From: Chthoniobacteraceae bacterium
GTDB lineage: Bacteria > Verrucomicrobiota > Verrucomicrobiia > Chthoniobacterales > Chthoniobacteraceae
Assembly: GCA_031409655.1 (NCBI GenBank)
Contig: JANNXQ010000295.1
Location: 1 to 18,261, forward strand
DNA: 18,261 bases
Reading direction: 5' to 3'
Numbering within the stretch: position 1 is the first letter of the stretch; the number at the start of each line of letters is the position of its first letter. Made by a program: the position numbers and the translations under genes. Under the pieces are notes generated by a model. It was not told the DNA's origin and did not search any database. It saw only the letters and a program-made list of their open reading frames with translations. Of the stretch, positions 15,476 through 18,261 are shown piece after piece.

Positions 15476-16492
15476 TTACCGTTCTTGCACGCCGAGACCG
15501 GGAGTGCTCGGCGGAGTGAGGGTGCCGGCGGAAAAATGCCAACCGTCAAAAGGATCGTCCGCGAGCAGCCAGGCTCCATCGAGATCGGCGAAGTCTGTCG
15601 CCTGCGCGAGCACCGCACCGGCAGCGATGCCAATGCTGCTTTCGAGCATGCAGCCGACCATGAGTTTGCGGCCGAGTTCGCGTCCGCGGCGCACCATCCG
15701 CAGCGCGGGCGTGAGGCCGCCGCACTTTACGAGCTTGATATTGAATCCGTCAAAGTGCGCAGCGATGCGCGGGACATCGTCTTCGGTGACGCAGCTTTCA
15801 TCGGCGAAAAGCGGCAGGCAGGAACCCGCTGAGGCCAGGCAGTGATCCTCGGCCGGCTGGAGGGGCTGCTCGATGAAAGTGGTGTCCAGCGCGGCGAGTT
15901 CACGCGAGAGCGGGGCGAGGTCGGCGGCGTTCCAGGCGCAGTTTGCATCCACCGCGATCAGGGCCGCGGTGCGCTCGCGGACGGAGCGCACGGCGTCGAG
16001 GCTCGCGCTGCTGTCGGACTTGATCTTGATCTGCGGAAAGCCGCGCAACTCCTCCACTTTCGCCGGCAACTCCTCGGCGGAGGAAAGCCCGATGGTGCAA
16101 AACGTCGTGACCGCGCGCGGCTTTCGTCCCCAGGCGAGTTCCGTGACGCCGACGCCCTCCCGCTGCGCGAGCCAGTCCCAGAGCGCAAGATCCAGCGCGC
16201 CCTGCGCGGCACGCGACGGGGCGAGCCGCGGCCAGGCATCCGCCCACGCCCGCTCGATGTCCGCGACGGAGCGAATCGCCAGCGCCTCGATGAACGCCGC
16301 CGCGCCTTCGAGCTTCGCGGTCACGCCTTCCCAAGTCTCGGCATAGAAGGCATTCGGCGAGGCTTCGCCCAGGCCGGTCACGCCGTCTTTTTCGAAGCGG
16401 AGGAAGACATTGCGCAGCGTCGATTTGCGCGCCCGGCTGATCCGGAATTCGCGGCGCGGATGGAGTTCGATCGTCTGGCAGTGGAGGGGCAT
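15476..16492 (-). CDS. Dipeptide epimerase (L-Ala-D/L-Glu epimerase-like, enolase superfamily)
   Basis: FRISR, GLGEASP, DLALWD, KIK, DAN, EQP, DES, KLVKCGG, GCMLES, DLD. Start at 16492; the ORF extension to 16675 is translated repeat. Confidence 0.92.
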   Translation of the reverse strand: MPLHCQTIELHPRREFRISRARKSTLRNVFLRFEKDGVTGLGEASPNAFYAETWEGVTAKLEGAAAFIEALAIRSVADIERAWADAWPRLAPSRAAQGALDLALWDWLAQREGVGVTELAWGRKPRAVTTFCTIGLSSAEELPAKVEELRGFPQIKIKSDSSASLDAVRSVRERTAALIAVDANCAWNAADLAPLSRELAALDTTFIEQPLQPAEDHCLASAGSCLPLFADESCVTEDDVPRIAAHFDGFNIKLVKCGGLTPALRMVRRGRELGRKLMVGCMLESSIGIAAGAVLAQATDFADLDGAWLLADDPFDGWHFSAGTLTPPSTPGLGVQER

Positions 16493-16513
16493 ACGAGGTG
16501 GAGGGGTGGGATT

Positions 16514-16629
16514 ATCGAACATCGAACGTCGAACATCGAACATCCAACCTTCAATCGAGGCGGCTGCCGTCCGCCCTGCGGCCACTCGATCGCTCGATGT
16601 TGGGCGTTCGATGTTCGATGTTCGATGTT
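16514..16629. repeat. Inverted pair of (ATCGAAC)n heptamer arrays forming a long hairpin
   Basis: ATCGAAC ATCGAAC GTCGAAC ATCGAAC ATCCAAC at 16514-16548 and GCTCGAT GTTGGGC GTTCGAT GTTCGAT GTTCGAT GTT at 16592-16629. Confidence 0.9.
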
Positions 16630-16697
16630 TCCGCCCAAGCAGCGCCGCTCTTCCTCGACGGCCCCGGTATTTCATCGTTCAGTGCGCGTCACAGTCC

Positions 16698-17504
16698 ATG
16701 CGCGACGGGCCAAATTTTCAACACCGCATCAGCCGATCCGTCGAAGGCCGCGAGATCACCGTTCACGCAAATTTCGACCCGGCGCTCGAACGGCCGCGCG
16801 GCGTCACGCTGCTCGTCGGTGGCACGCATGGCGATGAGCCTGCGACGGTCCGCTTGCTCGAAGACTTTCTCTCCCGCGCCGTGCCGCCAGAACCCGTCGC
16901 GGTACTGCCGCTGCACAATCCCGATGCCTTCGCGCGCGGTACCCGCCTGAATGCGCGCGGCGTGGACCTCAATCGCAACTGCGATTTCAACTGGCGGCCC
17001 GATGCCGATGAGCCGCCGGGGCCGCATCCGTGGTCCGAGCCAGAGACGTGCGCACTGCGCGATTTCATCCTTGCCGTCCGCCCGGCTAAGATCGTGAGCC
17101 TGCACTGGGCGCTCGCGGAAATCGACGCGGATGGCCACCATTCCACCGCGCTCGCGCAGGCCATGTGGAGCGCAATGAGTGAAATCGAGCGGGGGCCATA
17201 TCGCTTGCGCGTCACCGAGCCGGGCCGCGGGCAGCGCCGCCTGGAACACATCTATGCGGCGTGTCCCGGTTCCTTCGGCCAATGGTGCGGCTACGGACTG
17301 GAGTATCCCGACGGCACCGCGCCTGCGATGATCACCCTCGAGCTTCCCTACGATCCCGCGGTGGCAGCGCGTCCCGATGAGTTGCTCGATACGCATCTCG
17401 ACTTCGTGCGCGACCTCTGGCGCCGGGATGCGACTGGCTACCTGCGGGCCGTCACCCCCGGCGTGATGCGGATGCTGGAGGCCGCTTGCCGCCATCAGGA
17501 ATAG
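16698..17504 (+). CDS. M14 zinc carboxypeptidase, murein peptide amidase A (MpaA)-like
   Basis: SVEGREI, GGTHGDE (HxxE), NPDA, RLNARGVDLNRN, SEPET, SLH, ITLELP; no signal peptide. Start at ATG 16698. Confidence 0.85.
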   Translation: MRDGPNFQHRISRSVEGREITVHANFDPALERPRGVTLLVGGTHGDEPATVRLLEDFLSRAVPPEPVAVLPLHNPDAFARGTRLNARGVDLNRNCDFNWRPDADEPPGPHPWSEPETCALRDFILAVRPAKIVSLHWALAEIDADGHHSTALAQAMWSAMSEIERGPYRLRVTEPGRGQRRLEHIYAACPGSFGQWCGYGLEYPDGTAPAMITLELPYDPAVAARPDELLDTHLDFVRDLWRRDATGYLRAVTPGVMRMLEAACRHQE

Positions 17505-17598
17505 GGCCGGAAATCTGCCGAGTCCGTCGTGACTTGCCAGCACCGCACGCATCCGCCAGCGTTTTCCTCATGCCTCCCACTGCTGGATTTCGCGCTCC

Positions 17599-18204
17599 AT
17601 GAAACGCATCGAATATCCGATGGCGATCAAATCGCTGATCGCCGAACTCAAGCGCATGCCCGGCGTCGGCCCGCGCAGCGCGGAGCGAATCGCGCTCTGG
17701 ATGATCCAGTCGCGGGACGCCAGGGCCGGGGAGATCGCGCGGGTCATCGGCGAGGTCACGCAGAGCGTGAAGCCGTGTCCGCGCTGCGGCTTCTTCACCA
17801 CCGAGGCGCTCTGCGAAATCTGCGCCGACACCACCCGCGACGCTCACGCCATCTGCGTCGTCGAGCAGCCCACCGAGATCCTCCCGCTCGAACGCACCGG
17901 TGCCTTCCGCGGCTACTACCACGCGCTCGGCGGACGCATCTCGCCGCTCGATCACATCGGCCCCGACGACCTGCGCATCGCCGCGCTGCTCGACCGGATC
18001 AAGACCGAGCAACCCACGGAAATCATCCTCGCCCTCGGCGCCGACGTGGAAGGCGAAGCGACGGCCAATTACCTCGCCGGCCTCTTGCGCGAAAGCCCCG
18101 TGCAAATCACCCGCCTCGCCCAAGGCATGCCCGCCGGCGGCGGCCTCGAAAGCGCGGATGAACTCACGCTCAGTCGCGCGATGACGGGGCGGACCAAGGT
18201 CTAA
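17599..18204 (+). CDS. recR: Recombination mediator RecR
   Basis: MPGVGPRSAERIA (HhH), CPRCG...CEIC zinc finger, ICVVE, YHALGGRISPLDHIGP, VEGEATANY, ITRLAQGMPAGGGLE.ADELTL. Confidence 0.97.
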   Translation: MKRIEYPMAIKSLIAELKRMPGVGPRSAERIALWMIQSRDARAGEIARVIGEVTQSVKPCPRCGFFTTEALCEICADTTRDAHAICVVEQPTEILPLERTGAFRGYYHALGGRISPLDHIGPDDLRIAALLDRIKTEQPTEIILALGADVEGEATANYLAGLLRESPVQITRLAQGMPAGGGLESADELTLSRAMTGRTKV

Positions 18205-18261
18205 CCGAAACGGCGCTTGGCATGTTCGGCGCCTTGTTGCATCGGCTGAGAGAGCGCAGGC

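Noticed and set aside
16514..16629. CRISPR array
   Set aside because: Units are contiguous 7-mers with no unique spacers, and there are no cas genes in the window.
16410..16697. N-terminal extensions of the amidase (from 16410) and epimerase (from 16675) ORFs
   Set aside because: They translate the heptamer repeat (SNIERRTSNI / MFDVR); family-like sequence begins only at 16698 and 16492.
18217..18241. TTGGCA...TTGCA resembling a sigma-54 promoter after recR
   Set aside because: Spacing between the GG and GC elements is too long for -24/-12.

Overview
GC-rich bacterial DNA with 14 supportable genes. The short-repeat style and A-rich, SD-less starts suggest Verrucomicrobiota/PVC (inference). 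In order: PfkB sugar kinase (-); a long intergenic hairpin; GT2 glycosyltransferase (+); a four-gene + strand cassette; two GT-C-like polytopic membrane proteins (-) divergent from an Alg5-like GT2 (+); an orphan exported protein (-); a histone-deacetylase-family enzyme (+); a divergent dipeptide epimerase (-) / MpaA-like M14 amidase (+) pair; and recR (+). The four-gene cassette (2272-8804) is the most unusual part. It encodes three membrane-fusion (HlyD/RND-adaptor) proteins, one fused to a site-2 (M50) protease, with no ABC ATPase, RND pump or TolC. The likely cargo position holds a single ORF in which an ECF sigma-70 factor runs in frame into a leader with an LExR-type export motif (IQPLEQRRVPSA) and a ~350-aa acidic, repeat-containing tail. 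This suggests export- or proteolysis-coupled sigma regulation, or alternatively a lost stop codon between two genes. Several REP/MITE-like inverted repeats and heptamer arrays lie in the intergenic regions. All family calls are motif-based by eye; no searches were run.
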